A stretch of 46,870 nt of DNA from an uncultured Candidatus Saccharibacteria bacterium (GTDB lineage: Bacteria; Patescibacteriota; Minisyncoccia; Phycocordibacterales; UBA2100), in assembly GCA_964589005.1 (NCBI GenBank), contig CAZPQI010000003.1, positions 1 through 46,870 of the forward strand. Direction: 5' to 3'. This document shows, one piece after another, positions 37,695 to 46,870 of the stretch (positions within the stretch are counted from its first letter, which is position 1; each line of letters opens with the position of its first letter). A program made the position numbers and the translations under genes. The notes below the pieces were generated by a model, which was not told the DNA's origin, ran no database searches, and worked only from the letters and a program-made list of their open reading frames with translations.

Positions 37695-39527
37695 ATGAAA
37701 GGCTCTAAAGCGTTTTTGGTGTTCGCACTTGCGACAGTTATAGTCGCGAGTACTCCTTTTACAGTGCAGGCACAAACGGCTGAACAATTACGTTCTCAAA
37801 TTTCTCAAATACTTGCGGAAATTTATGCACTTCGTGCACAACTGCAACCAGGAATAGTTTCGCCGAATATTCCTGTAGTTCCTCTTGTTACTCAGGTGAC
37901 GCCACCTACTTTAGTTACGCCACGTATAAACTACAATGGTAATCAGTTGGCTTTTCAGTATCAACGTTGCCCTAATGCGCAATTTAATCTTGAACGCGGC
38001 GACCGCGATCGCAATGTTGGCGGAGAAGTCACGGCGATACAGCAATTTCTTGCACAAGATTCTCGTTTGTATCCCGAGGGAGATGTTACGGGGTACTTTG
38101 GACCTGCAACCGAGCGCGCAATTCAGCGTTTTCAAGAGCGTCACGGTATTGTTTCCGCAGGAGACTATCAGTCAACTGGGTATGGACGGGTAGGACCACA
38201 AACACGATGGGCTATTAAAAATTCATGTGGAGTCGCAGGAACTAATTCATTTAGTATATCGCCGACGGCAGGGTTGGCACCCTTACAAATTTCTGCAACA
38301 TTTGAATTTCGTGGTTCGTCTTGTACTTCGTACCAACTTGATTGGGGAGATGGCAGTGCACCATTAGCACAACAAGCAGTAAGTCCTGCAAATTGCTCGA
38401 ACGACACTGTGCGCAAGCAAGCGACACATACGTACACAAGCGCAGGAGTATATGCGCCTACACTTCGTATTGGTAAAGGTTCAGTCTATGCAATTCCTAT
38501 CGTGGGACGAGCAAATATAACTGTACAAGGTGTAGGAAGTGGAACTGCGTCACAAGCGTCTCTTGTTGTGTCACCTGCACAAGGTAATAATGTTCCACTG
38601 GTTGTGCAGGCTACATTGCGCTCGAATACTCCTTCGTCGTGTACATCGTATGAGTTGGATTGGGGCGACGGTACGCAACCTATTCGAAGAGAAGCAAGTG
38701 GATTTGGATGTACAGTACTCGATTCTTTCACACAGCAATTTACTCACACCTATCAAAATGTGGGAGTGTATAAACTGCGAGCACGAGCTGGACGGGGTCA
38801 AATTCCAGGTCTTGCTGTTATAAATCAGCTTGTCACTGTTGGGACAGGCACTGCAGGTACATTTCCAACGAATGCAGGGTGTTTTGTACAACCAAGTAAT
38901 AACGGTATTTTTGGCGCCGCACAGGCACGTATTCTTTTTGGAGGTTCACTTTGTGATGGGCAACTTACGTACAATGTTGATTGGGGAGATGGAACAGTGA
39001 GCCCATCTCAAATATGTGCAGATCAAAACGCGCACTACGAACAATTAATACACACATACAGTATTCCTGGTACCTACACCGCACGACTCAACCAGTTGCA
39101 TCCCAATGCGCGTTTTGCTGAACAAACATGCTCTGTTGTTATTTCCAGTAGGGGATCTGCCGCTCCAGGAATTATAATTCCTACGCGTGATTCGATTAAT
39201 TGGACAAAAGATCAAAGCTCGCGCACCGTCGAATTTACGGCACTCATTAACGCAACTCGAGAATGTAACGGTGGTTTATACACTATTTACTTTGGAGATG
39301 GAAGCGATTCCCTACAACCGTATCCTGCAGATGCATGTCAGCTTTTCACTCGTACGGTGAGTCATACATACGCTCGGGATGGTTTATACACAGCACTTTT
39401 GCTCAAAGACGGCATTGTTGTAGACCAAGCTGCGCTGCGAATTACTAGACCAACCAGCGCTGCGCAACAAAATCTCGCGTCAGCATTTTCGGCGATTAAG
39501 AGTTTAATTCAAGTTATTTTTAAATAA
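37695..39527 (+). CDS. Secreted peptidoglycan-binding + 4x PKD-like repeat protein
   Basis: VTAIQQFL...VTGYFGPATERAIQRFQ...GRVGPQTR; four (D/Y)(W/F)GDG...HTY repeats. Confidence 0.85.
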   Translation: MKGSKAFLVFALATVIVASTPFTVQAQTAEQLRSQISQILAEIYALRAQLQPGIVSPNIPVVPLVTQVTPPTLVTPRINYNGNQLAFQYQRCPNAQFNLERGDRDRNVGGEVTAIQQFLAQDSRLYPEGDVTGYFGPATERAIQRFQERHGIVSAGDYQSTGYGRVGPQTRWAIKNSCGVAGTNSFSISPTAGLAPLQISATFEFRGSSCTSYQLDWGDGSAPLAQQAVSPANCSNDTVRKQATHTYTSAGVYAPTLRIGKGSVYAIPIVGRANITVQGVGSGTASQASLVVSPAQGNNVPLVVQATLRSNTPSSCTSYELDWGDGTQPIRREASGFGCTVLDSFTQQFTHTYQNVGVYKLRARAGRGQIPGLAVINQLVTVGTGTAGTFPTNAGCFVQPSNNGIFGAAQARILFGGSLCDGQLTYNVDWGDGTVSPSQICADQNAHYEQLIHTYSIPGTYTARLNQLHPNARFAEQTCSVVISSRGSAAPGIIIPTRDSINWTKDQSSRTVEFTALINATRECNGGLYTIYFGDGSDSLQPYPADACQLFTRTVSHTYARDGLYTALLLKDGIVVDQAALRITRPTSAAQQNLASAFSAIKSLIQVIFK

Positions 39528-39533
39528 TTTTTT

Positions 39534-41087
39534 ATGTACGCACGAATTACAGTCACGTTGTTGGTTCTAGCAGTAGTAGCTACTCCTAGTATTTCGCGCG
39601 CTGTTTTTGATAACAATCAAGTGTTACAACAAATTGCTCAACTTTTAGCACGCGTACAGATATTACAAGCGCAATTACAGAAAATTGAAGGACGGCAAGC
39701 TGCAGGGCCAGTCCAAATTGTTTCAATAGGAGGGAGTGCGCCTACTCTTGCGGGTGGAGCGTGTTTGAGTATTTCGCGCACGCTTAGGCGAGGTTCTGAA
39801 AGTAACGATGTGACAAAATTACAGCAATTTCTTACTACTACAGGTGACTATACCTATGGAGAAATAACGGGATATTATGGCTCGGTAACTGAAGCGGCGG
39901 TACGAAGATGGCAAGCAAAAACTGGTTTGGTTTCAGGAGGGTCTCCTGCGACGACAGGGTATGGGGTTGTTGGGCCACAAACTCGTAGTGCAATGAGTGC
40001 CCGTTGCACTGGAGCGGCTAGTAATGCTGCGGTTGCGAGAGATTTAGTGGTTACACCAACACGAGGCCCACTGCCGTTACAAGTGACCGCAACATTTTCA
40101 CTAAATAGTTCTTCATGCTCCTCATATTCTCTTGATTGGGGCGACGGTACACAGCCACTTTTGTTTGATGCGGCAGGTGCTAACGCATGCACAAAAGACA
40201 TAGTACATAAACGCGCAACACATACATATCGAGTGCCGGGGGTACATAGAATTACTTTTAAAGCAGGGCGCGGGTCAGTTGCATTTGCGAGGATTGTTTC
40301 TCAGATTGATGTTTCAGTGGGTGACACGGCGCCAGCAGGATTTTCACTTAGTCCCACCTCTGGTTCTGTTCCGTTAGCAACGAGCATTACATTTCCAGTG
40401 TTAAGTTCAAGTTGTACATCATACGAAGCAGATTGGGGAGACGGTGCGGTGGATAGACGCGAAGCATCAAGTTTTATAAATTGTTCACAAGATTCTGGAA
40501 CGGAATCGCTCACGCATGTGTACGAAAATGCGGGTAGCTATACAGTACAGTTTAAAACAGGGCGGGCACCGCTTGCTCAATTACCTATAAACGAACAGTG
40601 GAGTGTACTTGTTAGAGATGACATTGTTGCGGGATCAACAGTATTTATTTCACCAACGTCGGGTATAGCTCCACTCACCGTTAGTGTAGATATGTTTGGG
40701 TTTGGAGAAGCGTGTACATCGTATTCTCTTGACTGGGGAGATTCATCATCGTTACAAGAGTATCAGGCGACTGAATCGGAATGTAGTGGAGCACAATTCA
40801 AAAAAACATTTACCCATACGTATATTGCCGCTGGTAATTATTCAATCAAAACAAAAGTGGGGAGCCAAGATACACTGCGCAACTTACCTTTAAGCACGCA
40901 AACAGTTGTAGTCGGAGCAATCACTACGGATGTACTGTGTGCATCAAGTACACCGGTGTGTGGTGAGGTAACATCTTCATGTCCATCAGGGTATACGTGT
41001 TCGCCAATTTATAAAACGTATTCAAATCGATGTGATCTAGATAACCAAGGTGCCCGTTACATCAACGACGGTCAATGCAATTTGTAG
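39534..41087 (+). CDS. Secreted peptidoglycan-binding + 3x PKD-like + Kazal-like protein
   Basis: LRRGSESNDVTKLQQFL...ITGYYGSVT; three CxSYxxDWGD repeats; PVCG...TYSNRC. Confidence 0.85.
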   Translation: MYARITVTLLVLAVVATPSISRAVFDNNQVLQQIAQLLARVQILQAQLQKIEGRQAAGPVQIVSIGGSAPTLAGGACLSISRTLRRGSESNDVTKLQQFLTTTGDYTYGEITGYYGSVTEAAVRRWQAKTGLVSGGSPATTGYGVVGPQTRSAMSARCTGAASNAAVARDLVVTPTRGPLPLQVTATFSLNSSSCSSYSLDWGDGTQPLLFDAAGANACTKDIVHKRATHTYRVPGVHRITFKAGRGSVAFARIVSQIDVSVGDTAPAGFSLSPTSGSVPLATSITFPVLSSSCTSYEADWGDGAVDRREASSFINCSQDSGTESLTHVYENAGSYTVQFKTGRAPLAQLPINEQWSVLVRDDIVAGSTVFISPTSGIAPLTVSVDMFGFGEACTSYSLDWGDSSSLQEYQATESECSGAQFKKTFTHTYIAAGNYSIKTKVGSQDTLRNLPLSTQTVVVGAITTDVLCASSTPVCGEVTSSCPSGYTCSPIYKTYSNRCDLDNQGARYINDGQCNL

Positions 41088-41119
41088 AAACCAGAGAACC
41101 ACATGTTAGAATGAAAATA

Positions 41120-44100
41120 ATGAAAAAGAACCTCGTTTGTGCAAGCACTCATAAGAAACTTTCGGCATCCGCTCTAGCAATCTTTGTGCTTGGTATACTT
41201 CTCACTCCAACTCTCACTTCAGCTAATTCTCACGACTTCGTTGCAGAAATCAATCGTCGTGCAGCAGAGTTGGCACAACAAAAGAAAGTGCAACCTGCAA
41301 CAAAGACTACAAAACTCACCACAACACCAATTACTCAAACCTACACCCCGAAACGCAATCCTCTAACCCTCACCATAGGTAGTAAAGGAACACGAGTTAG
41401 CGAACTCCAACGCTTCCTTACTCAAACTGGAGACTTCACGTACCCAACAATCACTGGATACTTTGGTTCAGTAACAGCAACAGCAGTAAAGAAGTACCAA
41501 TGTAGGTTAAACATAGTGTGTAGTGGAACTCCAACAACCACAGGATATGGACAGTTAGGTCCTTCGACTAGGAGAGCTGTGACAGAACGACGTGGAATCT
41601 CAAATATTACACAAGCTCCAACCACACAAACAACGACCACACAACAACCTGCGGCTACTACAGAATTCACTCTTACCAGAAACCTGTACATAGGGACACG
41701 AGGAAACGACGTTACTAAACTACAAACATTTCTAAAAACAACAGGAGACTTCACCTACCCAGAGATTACTGGATACTATGGGAATGTCACAGCTCAAGCG
41801 GTGCAGAGATACCAATGTAGAGAGATGAGCATTTGCGGTGGAACAGCGAACTCCAATGGATATGGAGTCGTAGGGCCGATGACACGCACGGCGTTTCGAA
41901 CTGTGCGAACACAGATAAGTGGGGGTAGTCGAATAGGACCGACAGCCGTTGCGCCACGATCACCAGCTGTCAAGCCAATATTACCGGCTACGAAACAAAC
42001 ATCTGGTACTACTTCTGGCGGCGTCTCGTCATCAGCGCCCGCACCAATAGTCGTTCCGTCATCATCAACACCACCACCAGTGACATACGCATGGAACACA
42101 AGCTCATGGAACTCTTGCTCAAACAACTCACAATCAAGAACAGTCACGTGTAAAGGAAGTGACAGCAACACATATTCAGACTCTAAATGTACAAACACCA
42201 AACCAACAACATCAAACACATGTGTATCAACGCCAGTAACTCAAACATCGATAAACAAGGCGTGCTCTATTAACGGAAAAGACATAACAGATGGAACAAA
42301 CACAATTGCATATCAAACAAGCTCAGTAGACTATGGAAGTATTTGCACGTCACAAACAAGAACATGTACCAACGGTACTCTATCAGGAGCGTACACATAC
42401 GACTCGTGTTCAGTTGCTACACCAAGCTCTTGTGTATTAAATGGTACAACAGTGACACACGGACAATCTACAACTGCATATCAAACAAGTTCGGTTTCGT
42501 TTGGCAACACTTGTACACGTCAAACAAGAACATGTACAAACGGAACACTGTCAGGAACATACACCAACAGCTCTTGCTCAGTAGGAGATGCACAAGCCTG
42601 CTCATTCAACGGACAAACAATTGCACACAACACAACAGCGACCGCTTACCAAAGCGAGTCGGTGCCATTCGGAGGAACATGTGCACCGCAAACACGAACA
42701 TGTTCAAACAGCACGTTATCTGGTTCATATCAGTATGGTAGCTGTTTGGTAGATAATCCACCACCTCCAGTTATACAGCCTACACCACCGCCTCAAAATC
42801 AATCATGTACCTTTAACAACCAAACTGTTATATCTGGTAGTTCTGTAACTGCGTATCTGTCAAGTTCGGTTTCTTATGGACAAAGTTGTCAAAGCCAGAC
42901 CAGGAGTTGTAGTAATGGAGTGCTGGGTGGAAGTTATGAGCTTGCTGAGTGTAGTGTGGGGGAGCAACAAAAAGGTGTGCGCGTAGGAGCCTACTACTCA
43001 CCGTGGTATGTGAGTTACGATAAAGATTATTATGTAGTTAATAATAATCCAGACTTACCAAAATCTAAAGAAATGACATTGTTCAGGGCCTTAAAGCTAG
43101 GAAAAAGACAAGCCCTACTAACAGATGAAGGTGCAAAAGCTGGTACATTTCGATCTTGTGAAAACCCTAATCCTTTTTCTAATATATGGTGCGATCAGTT
43201 GCCTAACCTATCAAAGATCGTTGCATATCCGAGAGACAACGTTTCGGTTAATGGTCAGGAAGTGTACTTACCAATAAATACTGATGAACTTAAAACCATA
43301 TATGGAGACTTATCACTAGATGTGAATGATCCAAATTTTGAACCAACGGGCACAAACTCTACATGGAAGAGATTTAAAGGAATCTTGACTCTAAAGAAAT
43401 TCTGGATGACCAAATTAAACCAGCCGTATTTTTCAGTGTTTCTTCCTGATTCCTACAGTGTATTTCCAGAACCAAAGGTAAATTCAAAGTTGAGATATTC
43501 CCAAGCAGAATTGGCAAGTACTGTAAATTTACAAAAAAAGCTCGCTCATGATTATGGAATCGATTACTTCACACTTGAGTGGTATTGGGGATATGATTCC
43601 AGTAATCAGTACAAGGAGGTAGAAAATAAAACAGCGCCGATAGATACATTTTTTAATACTCCTCAGTATGAAGATTTTACAATGTCTATTATGTGGATAG
43701 TTCAAAATAGAGGTAAGGTGCTGGGGCTTTTTGATACTCCACATGAACAAGACACTAGTTCTGAGGCAATGAGTGCTATGTGTGGGAGATTAAGTGGATA
43801 CATAAATAGTGATCAATATACAAACTTTGATGGTAACCCGGTTTTATTTGTGCAAGGATTTGAACAACTTAGGATAGGTTCGACTGATACTCAAATCATA
43901 AATGGCTTTAATGTATTTAAGCAGTGTATTTTATCCCAGACAGGTAAAAATATTACTCTTGCAGCAAATGGAAATGGTATATCCAATAAACCTCAATATA
44001 GTAATTTGCTCAGGGATGCAGGATTTAAATACATAGTAGGGCAAGGTCCTGAGTGGGGAGCTACACCAAATTATGTAGATTATGGGCAAAATCTAATCTC

Positions 44101-44533
44101 ACATTTAAATGGAATTCAATCTTCTTTTAGCTCTCTTCAAGTGATACCAGCGATATATCAGGCGCATCATCCAGAAGATGTTGCAAAAAATGGTAGCGGG
44201 CGGTATAGACAAAACAACGAATTGAGTGCACTCGACGCAAACAGTAAACGCATGTTGTCTCCAGGAAGAGATGTCGTCAATGGTACTACTCCTCAAAGAT
44301 TTAAATCAAACTTTAATAAAGTGTATCAAATAGCCGATAATAAAGTTCGATTCAGTGGTAATGATGCACCAATATTGGTGTATACATGGAACAATTGGCT
44401 TGAGGGTACTACGCTAGAACCGGAGGAATTCTTTCAGTGTGGGTATTTGGACTCTATTCTTGCGATAAAAAAACAATTTAATGGAGAGTCATATACCCCT
44501 AGTGAGCAATGTCCACCATATGTTTTGCGTTAA
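41120..44533 (+). CDS. Large secreted protein: 2x peptidoglycan-binding, TSP1-like, 4x Cys-rich repeats, C-terminal GH99/WbsX-like glycoside hydrolase domain
   Basis: Two 'V..LQ.FL..TGDFTYP.ITGY.G..T..AV..YQ' domains; WNTSSWNSCS...QSRTVTC; 4x C..NG.T...TAY.S.SV.FG..C..QTRTC.NG.LSG.Y; VGAYYSPWY, YGIDYF..EWYW, YTWNNWLEGTTLEP. Confidence 0.82.
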   Translation: MKKNLVCASTHKKLSASALAIFVLGILLTPTLTSANSHDFVAEINRRAAELAQQKKVQPATKTTKLTTTPITQTYTPKRNPLTLTIGSKGTRVSELQRFLTQTGDFTYPTITGYFGSVTATAVKKYQCRLNIVCSGTPTTTGYGQLGPSTRRAVTERRGISNITQAPTTQTTTTQQPAATTEFTLTRNLYIGTRGNDVTKLQTFLKTTGDFTYPEITGYYGNVTAQAVQRYQCREMSICGGTANSNGYGVVGPMTRTAFRTVRTQISGGSRIGPTAVAPRSPAVKPILPATKQTSGTTSGGVSSSAPAPIVVPSSSTPPPVTYAWNTSSWNSCSNNSQSRTVTCKGSDSNTYSDSKCTNTKPTTSNTCVSTPVTQTSINKACSINGKDITDGTNTIAYQTSSVDYGSICTSQTRTCTNGTLSGAYTYDSCSVATPSSCVLNGTTVTHGQSTTAYQTSSVSFGNTCTRQTRTCTNGTLSGTYTNSSCSVGDAQACSFNGQTIAHNTTATAYQSESVPFGGTCAPQTRTCSNSTLSGSYQYGSCLVDNPPPPVIQPTPPPQNQSCTFNNQTVISGSSVTAYLSSSVSYGQSCQSQTRSCSNGVLGGSYELAECSVGEQQKGVRVGAYYSPWYVSYDKDYYVVNNNPDLPKSKEMTLFRALKLGKRQALLTDEGAKAGTFRSCENPNPFSNIWCDQLPNLSKIVAYPRDNVSVNGQEVYLPINTDELKTIYGDLSLDVNDPNFEPTGTNSTWKRFKGILTLKKFWMTKLNQPYFSVFLPDSYSVFPEPKVNSKLRYSQAELASTVNLQKKLAHDYGIDYFTLEWYWGYDSSNQYKEVENKTAPIDTFFNTPQYEDFTMSIMWIVQNRGKVLGLFDTPHEQDTSSEAMSAMCGRLSGYINSDQYTNFDGNPVLFVQGFEQLRIGSTDTQIINGFNVFKQCILSQTGKNITLAANGNGISNKPQYSNLLRDAGFKYIVGQGPEWGATPNYVDYGQNLISHLNGIQSSFSSLQVIPAIYQAHHPEDVAKNGSGRYRQNNELSALDANSKRMLSPGRDVVNGTTPQRFKSNFNKVYQIADNKVRFSGNDAPILVYTWNNWLEGTTLEPEEFFQCGYLDSILAIKKQFNGESYTPSEQCPPYVLR

Positions 44534-44643
44534 ATAAAAATAGCGCGATAGTACTAAAATTGAATAGGTAAATGGATTGCAATAAAAAAATCAAAAATCA
44601 TTTTCGATAGACACCAGCGTAAATTGCGCCACCGAAGTGCAAT

Positions 44644-44800
44644 GTGTTAGCTATTCCATATGCAATCCACTCAGTCGTGACTCTATTCGTTTCGCGATTT
44701 GAGGATTTTTTTCAAGCATGGGGTCGCTTTCGATAAGTTTTTTCGCTTCGTTGCGTGCTGCTTCAACCATCTTTAAATTTTGCATGGCCTCCATACCGAG
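44644..44800 (-). pseudogene. Displaced, diverged duplicate of the recG 3' end (157 nt)
   Basis: Colinear with 45452-45608; mostly synonymous differences (DPMLEKNPQ vs DPVLKNNPQ). Confidence 0.92.
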
Positions 44801-44827
44801 ATTGGCAAAGTAAAAAATAATTGTGCC

Positions 44828-44847
44828 TGTAGCACGAATGTGCTACA
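44828..44847. promoter_or_regulatory. Operator palindrome overlapping the -10 of the TA operon
   Basis: tgtagcac-gaat-gtgctaca overlapping TGCTACAAT. Confidence 0.7.
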
Positions 44848-44860
44848 ATGGTAAACAATC

Positions 44861-45148
44861 ATGAGAAACACTACCGCAAAAGCAAAAGATGCCTATATTC
44901 ACGCTCGCGTTGATAAACAAGTGAAAGAAAGGGCACAAAAAGTTCTCGGCAACGTCGGTATGAGTACCACTGATGCAATTAATTTGCTACTACATCAAAT
45001 AATATTCCACAAAGGACTTCCCTTTGATGTGCGGATGCCGAATAAAGATACTCGAGTAGCAATCAAAGAGACTCGGGCTGGCGGTGGGAAACTACATACA
45101 GGGCGGACAAAAGATATATTTCAGGAAATACTAGAATCTGACGAATAG
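44861..45148 (+). CDS. RelB/DinJ family antitoxin
   Basis: IHARVD..VKE.A..VL...GMSTTDAINL.L.QI....GLPFDV..PN..T..AI.E. Confidence 0.92.
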   Translation: MRNTTAKAKDAYIHARVDKQVKERAQKVLGNVGMSTTDAINLLLHQIIFHKGLPFDVRMPNKDTRVAIKETRAGGGKLHTGRTKDIFQEILESDE

Positions 45149-45153
45149 TGGGT

Positions 45154-45423
45154 ATGAAAAAAGTGCGTACCGCAAGCAAGTTTCGTCGTGATTTCAAACT
45201 TGCAAAAAAGCGCGGACGCGATATAGATATTCTCACTGAAGTCGTGGAATTGTTGCGCGAGGGGGAAATTCTCAATGAGATGTGGAAAGATCATGGCCTC
45301 AGGGGTGATTGGATCGGTTCTCGGGAGTGTCATTTGACCCCTGATTGGATGTTGATATACGAGATTGCCGAAGATGAAATTATTTTGCAACGAACTGGAT
45401 CACATTCGGATTTGTTTGGATAG
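45154..45423 (+). CDS. YafQ family mRNA interferase toxin
   Basis: FRRDFK, KDHGLRGDWIGSRECHLTPDWMLIY, RTGSHSDLF. Confidence 0.93.
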   Translation: MKKVRTASKFRRDFKLAKKRGRDIDILTEVVELLREGEILNEMWKDHGLRGDWIGSRECHLTPDWMLIYEIAEDEIILQRTGSHSDLFG

Positions 45424-45458
45424 GGCATTGCCTGCTTAGGTTAGCTGCAAGGTGTTAG

Positions 45459-46870
45459 CTACTCCATATGCAATCCACTCAGTCGCGATTCGATTCGTTT
45501 CGCAATTTGTGGATTATTTTTAAGCACAGGGTCGCTTTCGATAAGTTTTTTGGCTTCGTTGCGAGCGGCTTCAACCATTTTTAAATTTTGCATAGCTTCC
45601 ATACCGAGGTCTGAAACTCCCCATTGGCTTGTGCCGATAAGTTGGCCGGCGCCACGCAGTTTTAAATCTGCTTCCGCAAGTGAAAAGCCATCTGAGTTTT
45701 TTTCAAGTGCTCGTATTCTTGCGAGTGAACTTTTTGTTTTAGTATCAGAAAAAAGATAGCAATATGTTTGAAAACTCGCACGTTGTACACGCCCGCGAAG
45801 TTGATGCAATTGTGAAAGTCCAAAGCGCTCAGATCCTTCGATAATTATCATAGTTGCATTCGGAACGTTTACCCCAACTTCAACGACTGAGGTAGCAACA
45901 AGAATGTCAGTATGTCCCTCCTCAAAAGAGTTCATCGCTTCTTCTTTTTCTTTTGGGGTCATCTTTCCGTGTAAAATTTCAACGGAGTACTTTTTAAATG
46001 GCCCGTCCTGCAAACGTTTTGCTTCGGCGCGTACGGACTTCACTCGCAGTGCGAGCGCCTTATTTGGATCAGGTTCGTCGATACGTGGACAAATTACGTA
46101 CGCTTGCCGCCCATTTAATAGTTCACTACGCACGGCGGTGTATACCTCGTCGCGTTTTGATGGCGTGACAACTTTTGTGACGATTTCTTTTCGTCCTGCA
46201 GGTTTTTCATCAAGAATTGAAAGGTCGAGGTCACCATAGATGGTAAGTGCGAGTGTCCGTGGAATAGGAGTTGCTGTCATTGAAAGCAAATGTGGAGAAG
46301 ACTTGTCTTTCTGTGCTAGTTTTTTACGCTGGTTTGTTCCAAAGCGATGTTGCTCATCGATAATCACGTACGATAAGTTTTCGAACACTACATTCTTCGA
46401 AATTAGCGCGTGTGTTCCCACCACAATAGGAATTTCGCCATTCGCGACCCATTTCGAGAGTTGTGCGCGGGAAATCTTTGTTGCCTCTTTAGGGTTAACT
46501 TTGGAGGGAAATTTTTGACAGCCACTTCCGGTAATAAGGCCAATAGGAATAGGGGAATGCTCGAATGCTTCAATAAGCCCTGCAAATTGTTGCTTGGCAA
46601 GTATTTCAGTTGGCACCATATAGGCAACTTGCGGTTTCGCGTACTTCTTTCCTTCAATGTGTCCGCGAGCTATTGCGTACATAGTTGCTGCTGCAACGGT
46701 AGTTTTTCCTGAGCCCACGTCACCTTCAAGTAAGCGCGACATGGGGTAGGATTTTTTAAAATCAGCAACGATGTCTTGAGTTGATTTTATTTGTGCGTCG
46801 GTCGGCGTGTAGGGAAGTGCGTCCATGTAACTTTTAAGTGCTTCTTCGTTGGCGTCTACATAAGGAGCCT
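45459..46870 (-). CDS. recG: ATP-dependent DNA helicase RecG (5' part lies beyond the window)
   Basis: RLLEGDVGSGKT, IIDEQHRFG, MTATPIPRTL, ERFGLSQLHQLRGRV, DL.LRG.G. Confidence 0.96.
   Translation of the reverse strand, partial: APYVDANEEALKSYMDALPYTPTDAQIKSTQDIVADFKKSYPMSRLLEGDVGSGKTTVAAATMYAIARGHIEGKKYAKPQVAYMVPTEILAKQQFAGLIEAFEHSPIPIGLITGSGCQKFPSKVNPKEATKISRAQLSKWVANGEIPIVVGTHALISKNVVFENLSYVIIDEQHRFGTNQRKKLAQKDKSSPHLLSMTATPIPRTLALTIYGDLDLSILDEKPAGRKEIVTKVVTPSKRDEVYTAVRSELLNGRQAYVICPRIDEPDPNKALALRVKSVRAEAKRLQDGPFKKYSVEILHGKMTPKEKEEAMNSFEEGHTDILVATSVVEVGVNVPNATMIIIEGSERFGLSQLHQLRGRVQRASFQTYCYLFSDTKTKSSLARIRALEKNSDGFSLAEADLKLRGAGQLIGTSQWGVSDLGMEAMQNLKMVEAARNEAKKLIESDPVLKNNPQIAKRIESRLSGLHME

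Noticed and set aside
42260-42960. Diversity-generating retroelement TR/VR pair
   Set aside because: The repeats are in-frame protein repeats with differences not restricted to adenines, and no reverse transcriptase is in the window.

Overview
Window from a Patescibacteria (CPR, Parcubacteria-like) chromosome. The assignment rests on rpmD/L30 missing between rpsE and rplO, apparently leaderless genes, CPR-type surface proteins and a tRNA-Ile(UAU). It contains the distal spc ribosomal operon (rpsN to secY) followed by an inserted amidase, two gmk paralogues, adk, map, yjjX, a VirD4/TraG-like ATPase, ndk, a short 6S-like RNA, infC-rpmI-rplT and cfa. It also holds an accessory region at the 3' end of an unusually long tmRNA (with smpB), ftsH, four paralogous peptidoglycan-binding surface proteins, a DinJ/YafQ toxin-antitoxin pair and the 3' part of recG. 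The most novel-looking signals are non-coding. (1) Loop-less intergenic palindromes co-occur with two 'filled' versions, in which a conserved core (GGCACATTT...TAGAACTGCAT) sits at a TT^AA palindrome centre between unrelated arms; one of these lies inside tmRNA. (2) A conserved hairpin element with a GNA triloop follows both tmRNA and tRNA-Ile and is partly repeated around cargo genes. (3) In three places accessory DNA is followed by a displaced, diverged copy of the neighbouring gene's 3' end. No transposase, integrase or CRISPR array is visible in the window.
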